Positions 18,339 to 27,881 of a DNA stretch of 62,595 nucleotides are shown in pieces. Origin of the DNA: an uncultured Alphaproteobacteria bacterium (lineage in GTDB: Bacteria; Pseudomonadota; Alphaproteobacteria; HIMB59; GCA-002718135). Where the stretch lies: NCBI GenBank assembly GCA_902553945.1, contig CACDMT010000004.1:1-62595 (forward strand), given 5' to 3'. Both the position numbers and the translations under genes were made by a program. Position 1 is the first letter of the stretch. Each line of letters starts with the position of its first letter. Below the pieces are notes generated by a model. It was not told the origin of the DNA. It ran no database searches and saw only the letters and a list, made by a program, of their open reading frames with translations.

Positions 18339-19130
18339 ATGATTAAATACATGATTTTTATAATTATTTTAATTATGAATTTAAATGCTTATGGTAAAAA
18401 TTACATATATATTGCAAGTACAACCTCAACTCACGATACAGGATTATTAAAACATATTAACAAATATTTTAGTAAAGAATTCAATATAAATGTAAAAGTT
18501 TTATCATTGGGAACTGGTCAAGCATTAAAAATTGCTAGGGATGGCAATGTTGAGATTCTTTTAGTTCACCATTATCCATCAGAATTACAATTTATGAAAG
18601 ATGGATTTGGAAAAATTAGATATAATTTAATGTATAATGATTACGTTTTAGTTGGTCCAAAAGATGATGTAAATAAATGTAAATCAATTAAAGAAAAATT
18701 GAATGAAATTCATAAGAAAGAATTAATATTTATTTCAAGAGGTGACGACAGTGGAACACATAAAAAAGAAAATGAATTATGGAAACTTATACAAATATTA
18801 CCTAATACTAATTCAAAATGGTATTTAAGTGTAGGTCAAGGAATGGGTCAGACACTATTAATAACTAATAACAAAAAGGGATATACTTTAAGTGATAGAA
18901 GTACATGGATATCTTTTAATAAAAAAGAAAATTTGAAGATTGTTTGTGAAAATTTACCACCTCTATTTAATCAATATGGAATTATATTAGTAAATAGTTC
19001 AATTAATAATAACTTAAATACTAAAGATGCAAAAAAGTATATTAATTGGATAATTTCAAATAAAGCAAAAAAATTAATTAATAATTATAGAGTTAATGGA
19101 GAACAATTATTTTTCTTTAATCATCACTAG
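18339..19130 (+). CDS. tupA: Tungstate ABC transporter substrate-binding protein
   Basis: ASTTSTHDTGLL, GTGQAL, MYND, SRGDDSGTHKKE, GQGMG.TL, YTLSDR. Confidence 0.88.
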   Translation: MIKYMIFIIILIMNLNAYGKNYIYIASTTSTHDTGLLKHINKYFSKEFNINVKVLSLGTGQALKIARDGNVEILLVHHYPSELQFMKDGFGKIRYNLMYNDYVLVGPKDDVNKCKSIKEKLNEIHKKELIFISRGDDSGTHKKENELWKLIQILPNTNSKWYLSVGQGMGQTLLITNNKKGYTLSDRSTWISFNKKENLKIVCENLPPLFNQYGIILVNSSINNNLNTKDAKKYINWIISNKAKKLINNYRVNGEQLFFFNHH

Positions 19131-19909
19131 TTTATTCTTCCAAAAAATGTCTTTCTTGCATTTTCTGAAAGCATAGTTCCCTCTTCTTCATTATAATTTA
19201 AAGTTACTAAAATTCTTGGTTTCGTTGAAAGTACTGGGGTTACACGGTGCAAATAATTTCTTCCATAAAATAAAACCAAAGCACCCGCATCAACATTAAT
19301 AGTTTCAGGTAAAATTTTTCTATCTAGGATTTTTTTTATAAATGTTTTATCAATATAGTTATTGGTATAATCTCTTCCTTTATTAATATATTCAAATTCG
19401 CCTCCACTATCTGAAGATTGGATCATTAAAGTGATTGCAAAAGATGCATTATCAAAATGCCAACCAAGTTGTTGAGATTTTTGATAATAATTATAATTTA
19501 TTGAAGATAAAGAATCTCTATATGGATAAATATTATCAAGATTTAAAACTCCTTTTAAGAAATTTTTAAATAAAGACGATTTATACAATATGTTTAATTT
19601 TGAATTTTGATTTAATAAATCATGTGGAACACAACCTTTATCACTTACTACTTCAGCATTTAAAGGATCATTACTATTAATAGATTTATCTGGTTTATTT
19701 AATAAAATAGTATGATTTTGTGAACAATAAAAAGCTTGATCCTCAAGTTTAAGCGCTTCATAAATTAAGTCTTCTAAACATTCATTACTAAGAAAATTTT
19801 TCAATATTAAAATTGAATTTTTTTGTATCTCATGATTACATTTTTTTATATATACTTTACTGTTGATTGGATGGTTTTCAATATTTACTATTTCTTTTAA
19901 ATCATTCAT
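19127..19909 (-). CDS. Fe(II)/2OG oxygenase (BesD/HalD-like family, HxD form)
   Basis: LGWHFD, ITLMIQ, GGEFEY, HRVTPV, R. Confidence 0.75.
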   Translation of the reverse strand: MNDLKEIVNIENHPINSKVYIKKCNHEIQKNSILILKNFLSNECLEDLIYEALKLEDQAFYCSQNHTILLNKPDKSINSNDPLNAEVVSDKGCVPHDLLNQNSKLNILYKSSLFKNFLKGVLNLDNIYPYRDSLSSINYNYYQKSQQLGWHFDNASFAITLMIQSSDSGGEFEYINKGRDYTNNYIDKTFIKKILDRKILPETINVDAGALVLFYGRNYLHRVTPVLSTKPRILVTLNYNEEEGTMLSENARKTFFGRIN

Positions 19910-19983
19910 TATTTGATTGTATATTTATATATTAAAATTGTAGATGTTAAATTTAAATTATTAATATATATTTAAACTACAAT

Positions 19984-21375
19984 ATGGTTTGGAATTTTCA
20001 AGATAGTTATACAAATTTACCTGAAATTTTTTATAGTAGAGTTAAACCAGATAACTTTAATAATAAAAAACTTTTATTATTTAATGAAGATTTAGCAAAA
20101 GAAATTGATTTAAATTTTGATAACTTAAATAAAAATCAAATATGTGATGTTTTATTAGGAAATAATCAATTAGATAAATATTTTTTTTCACAAGCTTATG
20201 CAGGGCATCAGTTTGGTAATTTTACAATCTTAGGTGATGGAAGAGCTTTATTACTAGGTGAGCATATTACAAATGATAAGCAAAGATTAGATATACAATT
20301 AAAAGGATCGGGAAAAACTCCTTATTCAAGAAATGGTGATGGAAAAGCAGCATTAGGACCAATGATTCGAGAATACTTAATTAGCGAAGCAATGCATAAT
20401 CTAGGAATACCTTCAACAAGAGCTTTGGCTGTAATTAGTACAGGTGAAAAAGTATTAAGAGAAAAGTTTGAACCTGGTGCTATATTAATTAGAGTTGCAA
20501 AGTCTCATATTCGTGTTGGAACTTTTCAATTTGGAAGTCTTTTAAAAAAAAGTGATGAATTTGATAATTTAATCTCCTACACAATTAATCGATTATATCC
20601 AAATTTAATAAATAAAAAACATAAATTTTTAAATTTTTTTGAAAAAATATGTGATTTACAAATTAATTTAATTGTAGAATGGATGAGAGTTGGTTTTATA
20701 CATGGAGTAATGAACACAGATAATATGTCATTATCTGGTGAAACAATTGATTATGGACCTTGTGCTTTCTTAGATAACTATAATCCAAAAAAAGTTTTTA
20801 GTTCAATAGATAAAATGGGAAGATATAGCTTTGAAAATCAACCTAAAATTGCCTTATGGAACTTAGCAAGATTAGCAGAAACATTTATGCATTACATTGA
20901 TAATAATGAGATTAAATCAATAAAAATTATAGAAGAAATATTAAATAAAAACGAAAAAAAATTTGAAAGAAACTGGAATATTATGATGAGTAAAAAGTTA
21001 AATCTAGATATAAATAATAAAAATAATAATGAGGTGATAAAAGAATTTTTAGACTTAATGCATATATATAAACTTGATTATACTAATACATTTTTAGATT
21101 TAGAAAATAATAGATTAAATAAAGAAATTTTTAAAAATTGGATTAAAAAATATAATAAATGTAAGTTAAAAAAATATAATAAATTTAATCCAACAATAAT
21201 ACCTAGAAATCATATAATAGAAAAAATTATTAATGAGTCATATAATGGAGAGTTGAATAAATTATATGAATTTGAAAAAATTCTTAAAAATCCATATAAA
21301 AATAATATTAATAAAGAATTTTTAAATCCACCCACTGATAATGAAAAAGTCTATCAAACATTTTGTGGTACTTAG
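19984..21375 (+). CDS. selO: Protein adenylyltransferase SelO/YdiU
   Basis: YAGHQFG, LGDGRA, KGSG.TPYSR.GDG, HGVMNTDN, IDYGP, C-terminal TFCGT. Confidence 0.95.
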   Translation: MVWNFQDSYTNLPEIFYSRVKPDNFNNKKLLLFNEDLAKEIDLNFDNLNKNQICDVLLGNNQLDKYFFSQAYAGHQFGNFTILGDGRALLLGEHITNDKQRLDIQLKGSGKTPYSRNGDGKAALGPMIREYLISEAMHNLGIPSTRALAVISTGEKVLREKFEPGAILIRVAKSHIRVGTFQFGSLLKKSDEFDNLISYTINRLYPNLINKKHKFLNFFEKICDLQINLIVEWMRVGFIHGVMNTDNMSLSGETIDYGPCAFLDNYNPKKVFSSIDKMGRYSFENQPKIALWNLARLAETFMHYIDNNEIKSIKIIEEILNKNEKKFERNWNIMMSKKLNLDINNKNNNEVIKEFLDLMHIYKLDYTNTFLDLENNRLNKEIFKNWIKKYNKCKLKKYNKFNPTIIPRNHIIEKIINESYNGELNKLYEFEKILKNPYKNNINKEFLNPPTDNEKVYQTFCGT

Positions 21376-21377
21376 AT

Positions 21378-22208
21378 TTATTTTACAGCTCCTTCAGTAA
21401 GGCCTGAAACAAAATATTTTCCTATAAATAAAAATAATAAAATAACAGGCAAACTTGCTAATACTGCGCCAGATAATAAAAAACCCCAATCAATTTGATA
21501 TTGACCAACAATTGCCGATAAACCAACTGGTAATGTTTTTAAACTATCTGTGCTAATTAATATTGAAGCAAAAAGATATTCAGTCCAAGAAATGATAAAG
21601 CAAAAAATTGCAATACTTGCTATACCTGGAGCTGCTAAAGGGATAATAATTTTAAATATAACAATAATTCTTGAAGCTCCATCTATATATGCTGCCTCTT
21701 CTATTTCAGTCGGTATTAATTTAAAAAATGCTTTTAACATCCATACGGCGAAGGGTGTAGCAAACAAAACATTGACAATAATTAATGCAATGTAAGTATT
21801 AAGAAGATAAATTTTTGCAAATAATAAGTATATGGGTATTAATAATATAACACCTGGGAAAGCATAAGTTACCAATAGTGAATACTCTACAAATTTATTG
21901 CCATAAAATTTAAGCTTATGTAATCCATATGCAGCTGAAACAGACAAAATAATTGAAATAAACATAGAAAAAAAAGATACAATAAGACTATTAATTAAAT
22001 ATGTAAAAAAATCAGAATTAAATAAAATTTTTTCATAATGTTCTAATGTAAAAGATCTTGGTATTATTGTAGTTGATGTAGCAATAATTTCTTCAGGTGA
22101 TTTAAAAGATGATGTTATTATCCAAAAAAAGGGGAAAAAGAAAATTATTAATATTATTATTATTGATAACGTCAAAAAAATATATTTTAAATATGTCTCT
22201 TTAATCAT
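21378..22208 (-). CDS. Carbohydrate ABC transporter permease
   Basis: EAA motif IEEAAYIDGAS; C-terminal GLTEGAVK. Confidence 0.93.
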   Translation of the reverse strand: MIKETYLKYIFLTLSIIIILIIFFFPFFWIITSSFKSPEEIIATSTTIIPRSFTLEHYEKILFNSDFFTYLINSLIVSFFSMFISIILSVSAAYGLHKLKFYGNKFVEYSLLVTYAFPGVILLIPIYLLFAKIYLLNTYIALIIVNVLFATPFAVWMLKAFFKLIPTEIEEAAYIDGASRIIVIFKIIIPLAAPGIASIAIFCFIISWTEYLFASILISTDSLKTLPVGLSAIVGQYQIDWGFLLSGAVLASLPVILLFLFIGKYFVSGLTEGAVK

Positions 22209-23073
22209 TTTCTTTAGGAGCCATAAATTTAATAAAAAACAATGAAAATATTAATAGTAAAAAACTTGTTATTATCGATAGAGTTGCTGCTTGACTTATT
22301 CTAAATTTTGTAAAAGCTGTTTCATATATTAAAAGTGGTAAAGTAGTTGTTGCATTTGACGGCCCTCCCTTTGTGATAAGCCAAATAATATCAAATATAT
22401 TAAAGGATAATAAAGTACCAACTAACCCTAATACAAATAATACATTTTTTAAATTTGGAATTGTGATGTGAATAAATTGTTGAATGAAGTTAGCACCATC
22501 AACTTTTGATGCGTCATAAATTTCTCTATTAATAGAATTTAATCCAGATAAAATTATTAAAGCAAGAAATGGACTCCATCTCCAAGAATTAATAAGAACT
22601 AAGGAAACAAAAGCTTTATTCGGAGTACTAAAAAAACCAGTGGCATTATCTAAAATACCTAAATTAATTAATAAAGAATTAACTATACCACTACTACTGC
22701 TTAACATTAATTTCCAAATTACAACAACAACTACAGTTGGTATAATAAATGACAAAATAATCCAATTTGCCATTATCTTTTTACCAGGAAATCTATAGTT
22801 AATTGTTAAAGCTATAGTAAAAGCAAAAAATGTTTGGCATATAGCGTTACCAATTATCCAATAAAAACTGTTAATAGAGGCATTAATAAACTTAGTTGAT
22901 TTTATTAATTTAAAGTAATTATCTATACCTATAAATTTTCCTGATGTTCCAATAATTTTTACATTAAAAAAACTTAATTCAAATGCAATATAAATTGGAA
23001 TTATAATAATTAATGAAATCCATATCAATAAAGGTGAAACAAACAACCAGCCTTCAATATTATTTTTTTTCAC
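22201..23073 (-). CDS. Carbohydrate ABC transporter permease
   Basis: YDASKVDGA, T.GGP..AT; GTG start. Confidence 0.92.
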   Translation of the reverse strand: MKKNNIEGWLFVSPLLIWISLIIIIPIYIAFELSFFNVKIIGTSGKFIGIDNYFKLIKSTKFINASINSFYWIIGNAICQTFFAFTIALTINYRFPGKKIMANWIILSFIIPTVVVVVIWKLMLSSSSGIVNSLLINLGILDNATGFFSTPNKAFVSLVLINSWRWSPFLALIILSGLNSINREIYDASKVDGANFIQQFIHITIPNLKNVLFVLGLVGTLLSFNIFDIIWLITKGGPSNATTTLPLLIYETAFTKFRISQAATLSIITSFLLLIFSLFFIKFMAPKEND

Positions 23074-23081
23074 AATAAATA

Positions 23082-23103
23082 CAGCACCTCTATTGAGGTG
23101 CTG
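23082..23103. terminator. Intercistronic hairpin (terminator or mRNA stabiliser) after the binding-protein gene
   Basis: CAGCACCTC-TATT-GAGGTGCTG, a perfect 9-bp stem; TATTTATT follows on the minus strand. Confidence 0.75.
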
Positions 23104-23114
23104 CTTTTTTATAT

Positions 23115-24386
23115 TTATTCAATAGCTTCAGACATTATTTCCATACCCTCAGTAACTGCATCTGATGGACTTTTTCCATCAATCAAAGTTAATTGAAGAG
23201 TTTGAGCTAATAAATTCTGAGCTGATATTGAGGATATACTTGTAAATGTATTACCATTAGTAAAACCAAAAAGACTACCTCTAGTAGAATTATCAAGCAT
23301 AGTTTCAACCTGTGATTTATACTTAACTACTACTGGATCATCCCAATAAGTTGAATCTTTACTTCCAGCTTCAGTTATAGGTAAAAATAATCCTGGTTCC
23401 ATATTGATAAAACGACCATAATTACCCGGTTCCATTAAATAACTCAGAAACTTTTTAGAAGCTTCCATTTTTGCTGGATCTTCAGTCATAATCATAGCTG
23501 AATTAACATAAGAAACAGTACCCGCTCTATGAGCTTTACCATTAGCATATGGAATTTGAATTACACCAAGATCATCAGCATCGCCACCAGCTTGAGAATC
23601 ATAGGTAGAAATAACTGTAAATTGTAATATCATTGCACAGCCTTTACTAGCAAAACAAGCCTCTGCCTCTCCCCAAGTCCAGTTTGCAGCATCTGGTGCT
23701 GAATATTGATATAATTCTTTATATACATCATATGCAGCGACTGTTTCGGGATTATCAAATCTTAGTGTTCCATCAGAATTATAGATTTCTTCTGCACCTG
23801 AATTTACCATGAAGCTATAAATTGTTTGATCTGTATAAAGTTGTTTGTTACCTGGAAGACCAATTCCATAAACTCCATCTTTAGTTAGAGTTTTTGCAGC
23901 TTTTTTTAGATCAGACCATGTTTTTGGTGGTGAAATACCGGCTTTTTCAAAATCACTTTTTCTGTACCAAACAGATAGAGCCATATTCCAAAGTGGTACT
24001 GCCCATGTATGACCATTATAAGTATATTGATCAAGAGCTTTCTGATAAAAACCGTACTTAGAGTCTAATTCTGCAACAAAATCTTCAACAGGTTGCGCTG
24101 CACCCATCTCTGCTAAGATTGGTGTAAAATCAGGTATACCAACTAATATCTCTGGAGCAGTACCAGCTGCAACAGATGCTGGGGCTTTAGCATAAATCTC
24201 ACCCCAATTTTGAACTTCTTGAGTTACATTTATGTCAGGATTAGCTGAATTGAATTCATCTATTAAAGTTTGAATTCTGTCCACTCTATGAGGCACACCT
24301 TCCATGTGCCAAAAAGTAACATTAGTAACTGCAAGAGCATTAAATGAAAATAAAATTGAAATTATAAATAGTAAAATTTTATTCAT
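23115..24386 (-). CDS. Carbohydrate ABC transporter substrate-binding protein
   Basis: Signal peptide, VTFWH, F...NPDI, PPKTW; strong SD AGGAGG. Confidence 0.92.
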   Translation of the reverse strand: MNKILLFIISILFSFNALAVTNVTFWHMEGVPHRVDRIQTLIDEFNSANPDINVTQEVQNWGEIYAKAPASVAAGTAPEILVGIPDFTPILAEMGAAQPVEDFVAELDSKYGFYQKALDQYTYNGHTWAVPLWNMALSVWYRKSDFEKAGISPPKTWSDLKKAAKTLTKDGVYGIGLPGNKQLYTDQTIYSFMVNSGAEEIYNSDGTLRFDNPETVAAYDVYKELYQYSAPDAANWTWGEAEACFASKGCAMILQFTVISTYDSQAGGDADDLGVIQIPYANGKAHRAGTVSYVNSAMIMTEDPAKMEASKKFLSYLMEPGNYGRFINMEPGLFLPITEAGSKDSTYWDDPVVVKYKSQVETMLDNSTRGSLFGFTNGNTFTSISSISAQNLLAQTLQLTLIDGKSPSDAVTEGMEIMSEAIE

Positions 24387-24436
24387 TATCTTCCCTCCTA
24401 TATTTATAATTTATATTATATAGGAATTAATGATAA

Positions 24437-25924
24437 CTACCAGATTTTATCTAAAGATTGTCTTAGTTCCTTATATTTCTTGTATTTTAAAAACAAATAA
24501 TCTGAGTTTTTTTTATTAGGAAAATATATTTTATTTATTTTTGTGTTTCTTTTAATTAATAAATTTAAATTTTTTTTATTTACAAAACTGGATATTAAAT
24601 AACTTACACCTAATGCCCCAAGTTCAGAATTAAATAATGTTTTAACTTTTATATTTAAAGCATTAGAAATTAATTGAGGTAATATAATACTATTTGATGC
24701 TCCGCCAGAGAGATAAAGAATATCATTTTTTTTAATTCTATTACCAAAGCAATCTTTTATTGATAAGGCTATACCTTCATAACATGAAGATAAAATATCA
24801 AAATTATCGTGATGTGGTAACAAGCCAAAAATTTCAGCTTTAGAATTAAAGTTTACAAATGGAGAAATAGAACCTCCATAATTAAGATAAGGTAAAAAAA
24901 TAATTGATGAATGGGGATATTTCATATTTATATATTTTTTTTCAAACATTTTTATAATTTTAATTTTATCTTCATAATTTTTTGAAAACTTGAAAAAATT
25001 ATTAATAACCCAATCGATATTTGTTGTGCCAGAAACATTAATCATTGTTTCAAGCCAGGTGTTGTTTGTTGAAGCGAAAAACAAGCCAGCATTATTATTT
25101 GGAATTTTTGAATTATCTTTAATTATAATATTATGACAGGTAGTACCAATTATACTAATTTTTTGATTATTTTTAATTCCGCCAGAACCTAATACAGATG
25201 CAATTACATCACCACAGCCAATAATTACAGGAGTTCCCTTTATAAGCATTGTCATATTTGAAGCTTTTTTTGTTATATAACCACCAATTTCATTTGATTT
25301 TTTAATTTTAGGAAAAAGTTTTAGATATTTTGTATCTAAGTTAAAAATTTTAAAAATTTTTTTTGATAACGTTTTTTTTTTAATATCACCTGGGAAAACA
25401 GAAACTTCAGTTTCATCATTATAAATTTCATTTGTTAAATTAAATCTTAACCAATCTTTACATGTAAGAATATATTTAATTTTTTTTAAATTGTTTTTTT
25501 CATATAATGACATCCATTTTAAGATTGGAATGGTACACCCGTATTGAGTAATAGATCCAGTAATCTTATAGAGCTCGTTAAAAATATTCTTTTTTTTAAA
25601 TATTATTGAACTTCTCGTATCATTCCATAAAATAGCATTTCTAATAGGTTTGTTATTTTTATCTATAGACCAAAATCCAACCATATTAGCTGTAATACCA
25701 ACGCCTATAATTTTTTTTGGGTTAATTTTTGATAGTAATATAGCAGACTTTATAGATTTTGAAGTCAAGTTCCAAAATTTTTTCATATCTAATTCAGATT
25801 TTCCAAAATCATCAGTAATCAAAGGATTATTTATTGAGTAAGATAATATTTGTTTAAATTTTGAATTAAATATTACAGTCTTTATTACTGAAGTACCTGC
25901 GTCAATTGTAAGATAATAATTCAA
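24437..25924 (-). CDS. FGGY family carbohydrate kinase
   Basis: IDAGTSVIK, ILWND.R, KDWLRF.LT, GD, IIGTT, SGGAS, ELGALG. Confidence 0.9.
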   Translation of the reverse strand: MNYYLTIDAGTSVIKTVIFNSKFKQILSYSINNPLITDDFGKSELDMKKFWNLTSKSIKSAILLSKINPKKIIGVGITANMVGFWSIDKNNKPIRNAILWNDTRSSIIFKKKNIFNELYKITGSITQYGCTIPILKWMSLYEKNNLKKIKYILTCKDWLRFNLTNEIYNDETEVSVFPGDIKKKTLSKKIFKIFNLDTKYLKLFPKIKKSNEIGGYITKKASNMTMLIKGTPVIIGCGDVIASVLGSGGIKNNQKISIIGTTCHNIIIKDNSKIPNNNAGLFFASTNNTWLETMINVSGTTNIDWVINNFFKFSKNYEDKIKIIKMFEKKYINMKYPHSSIIFLPYLNYGGSISPFVNFNSKAEIFGLLPHHDNFDILSSCYEGIALSIKDCFGNRIKKNDILYLSGGASNSIILPQLISNALNIKVKTLFNSELGALGVSYLISSFVNKKNLNLLIKRNTKINKIYFPNKKNSDYLFLKYKKYKELRQSLDKIW

Positions 25925-25934
25925 TGTATTATAA

Positions 25935-26489
25935 TTATTTTATAAATTTATTTTTAGATAAAATATCAACTAAATATACTAATATAATATGATGAGACAT
26001 TTCAATAAAATTATACTGATTACTATTTATATAAAAATTAATATTACCTAACTTTGATAAAGGATTATTTTTTTTAAAACCACTTAAAGTTATTGTTTTA
26101 ATATTATTATTTTTACAATATTTTGCTGCATTAACTATATTTTTAGATGTTCCACTACTACTTATTAAAATTATAACATCTTTTTTAGACATGTATGCCT
26201 TAATTGCTTCGACAACCCAATTTTGATAACCATAATCATTTGCAAAACAAGTTATTAGATTAGAGTTATTAAAAGTAGAAGACTTAACTCTTGCTGCTTT
26301 AGCAAAATCAACACTAACATGACTTGCTATAGAAGCACTTCCTCCATTTCCAACAATATAGATTGTCCCCTTTTGAGCTATAGTTTTTTTAATCATTTTT
26401 ATAGTTTCAGTTAGTTTTTTATCTGAAATACTTAATAATAAGTTACTAATAGATCTATTGTAGTCACTAAATTTATATTTAATATTCAT
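25935..26489 (-). CDS. SIS-domain phosphosugar isomerase (GmhA-like)
   Basis: GNGGSASIASH, T..ANDYGY, ISSSG.S.N, E..H. Confidence 0.85.
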   Translation of the reverse strand: MNIKYKFSDYNRSISNLLLSISDKKLTETIKMIKKTIAQKGTIYIVGNGGSASIASHVSVDFAKAARVKSSTFNNSNLITCFANDYGYQNWVVEAIKAYMSKKDVIILISSSGTSKNIVNAAKYCKNNNIKTITLSGFKKNNPLSKLGNINFYINSNQYNFIEMSHHIILVYLVDILSKNKFIK

Positions 26490-26590
26490 AACTTAATAAC
26501 ATAAATTTATATCAAATTTATTTAGAATTTAATATCTTTTATATTTAGATTTTATAAGGCATATACATATGCAAGATTTCTATCTATAAA

Positions 26591-26932
26591 TTATATTTCA
26601 TTTATTTTATCAATCTTTGATGCTAAAATAAAATCATTTATAGAAAGTCCTTTAATTGCATGGGTATGTATCATTACTAAACAATAACCATAACCTATAC
26701 TTAAATCTGGATGATGTGATTCAATTTCCGCAATTTCTCCGACTTTATTTGCAAAATTCAATGATTTTTTAAAATTTTTAAATTTAAATTTTTTAAAAAT
26801 CATTTCTTGATTATCATTTACTGTCCATTCATTTAGATCAGATAAATATTTACTAATTTCTTCAAAATTAAGTTTAGGTGTATTACCAGTGCAAGGTTCA
26901 CATTTAGAAAGTGATAAATTATTTTTAATCAA
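26591..26932 (-). CDS. Pterin-4a-carbinolamine dehydratase
   Basis: CEPC, HHPD, THAIKGLSINDFILA. Confidence 0.9.
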   Translation of the reverse strand: MIKNNLSLSKCEPCTGNTPKLNFEEISKYLSDLNEWTVNDNQEMIFKKFKFKNFKKSLNFANKVGEIAEIESHHPDLSIGYGYCLVMIHTHAIKGLSINDFILASKIDKINEI

Positions 26933-27881
26933 ATTTAGCTCCTTGTTGATTTAATTCAATTGAATAAAGGCTTGTTGTTGCAGTAACATATAAAATATTA
27001 CCTTCTTTACCTCCAAACTCACAATTTGAAACTAATTCAGGAATGTTAATTTGACCTATTAGTTCTAAATCACTATTAAAACATTTTATTGCTTTACCAG
27101 CACTGGTCCATATATTCCCATCTTTATCACATCTAAAACCATCAGAAAAAAAGGGTTTAAAATCATATATTAAGGTTCTGTTAGAAACTTTATTATCGGT
27201 TAGATCATAACTATATAAATGTTTAATATTTTCTCCTGTATCTGCAACATATAATTTCTTTTCATCAGGAGAAATAGTTATGCCATTAGGTCTTATTAAA
27301 TTTTTAATTACTACTTCTAAATTATTAGTTTCAGGATAATAACAAAAAACATAACATCCATCATATTCTTGTTTACCTTTATAACCTTCATAATCGGTTA
27401 ATATTCCATAAGGTGGATCAGTGAACCATATTGAATCATCTGATTTTACATATACATCATTTGGAGAATTTAATCTTTTTCCATTATAATTATCAATTAA
27501 AATTTCAGTATTTAAATTATTATCTATTCTATACAGACAACGACCACCATGAGAACAGGATATTATATTTCCATAATTATCAATTGTATTACCATTTACA
27601 AAATTTGATGGATTTTTATATTCTGAAACTTTTCCATTAATTAATTTCAACATTCTATTATTAGGTATATCACTCCAAACTAACATATCTGATTGAGAAA
27701 CATATACTGGTCCCTCAGCCCATAAAGTACCAGAGTATATTTTTTTAACATTATTAGATTTAATTAATTTATTAAATTTTTCTGTATTTTGTATATTTTT
27801 ATTTTGTAAATTTTTATATTTGTAACTAGGATTTCTTGGATCTTCATGTGCTGGTGGCAATTTTTTATAAGAAATATTCAT
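26925..27881 (-). CDS. SMP-30/gluconolactonase family protein
   Basis: WAEGP, SDIPN, NG, LNSPND, FTDPPYG, PNG, DG. Confidence 0.92.
   Translation of the reverse strand: MNISYKKLPPAHEDPRNPSYKYKNLQNKNIQNTEKFNKLIKSNNVKKIYSGTLWAEGPVYVSQSDMLVWSDIPNNRMLKLINGKVSEYKNPSNFVNGNTIDNYGNIISCSHGGRCLYRIDNNLNTEILIDNYNGKRLNSPNDVYVKSDDSIWFTDPPYGILTDYEGYKGKQEYDGCYVFCYYPETNNLEVVIKNLIRPNGITISPDEKKLYVADTGENIKHLYSYDLTDNKVSNRTLIYDFKPFFSDGFRCDKDGNIWTSAGKAIKCFNSDLELIGQINIPELVSNCEFGGKEGNILYVTATTSLYSIELNQQGAKFD

Noticed and set aside
19984-21375. Selenocysteine in SelO
   Set aside because: The C-terminus is TFCGT with a TAG stop, and there is no in-frame TGA.
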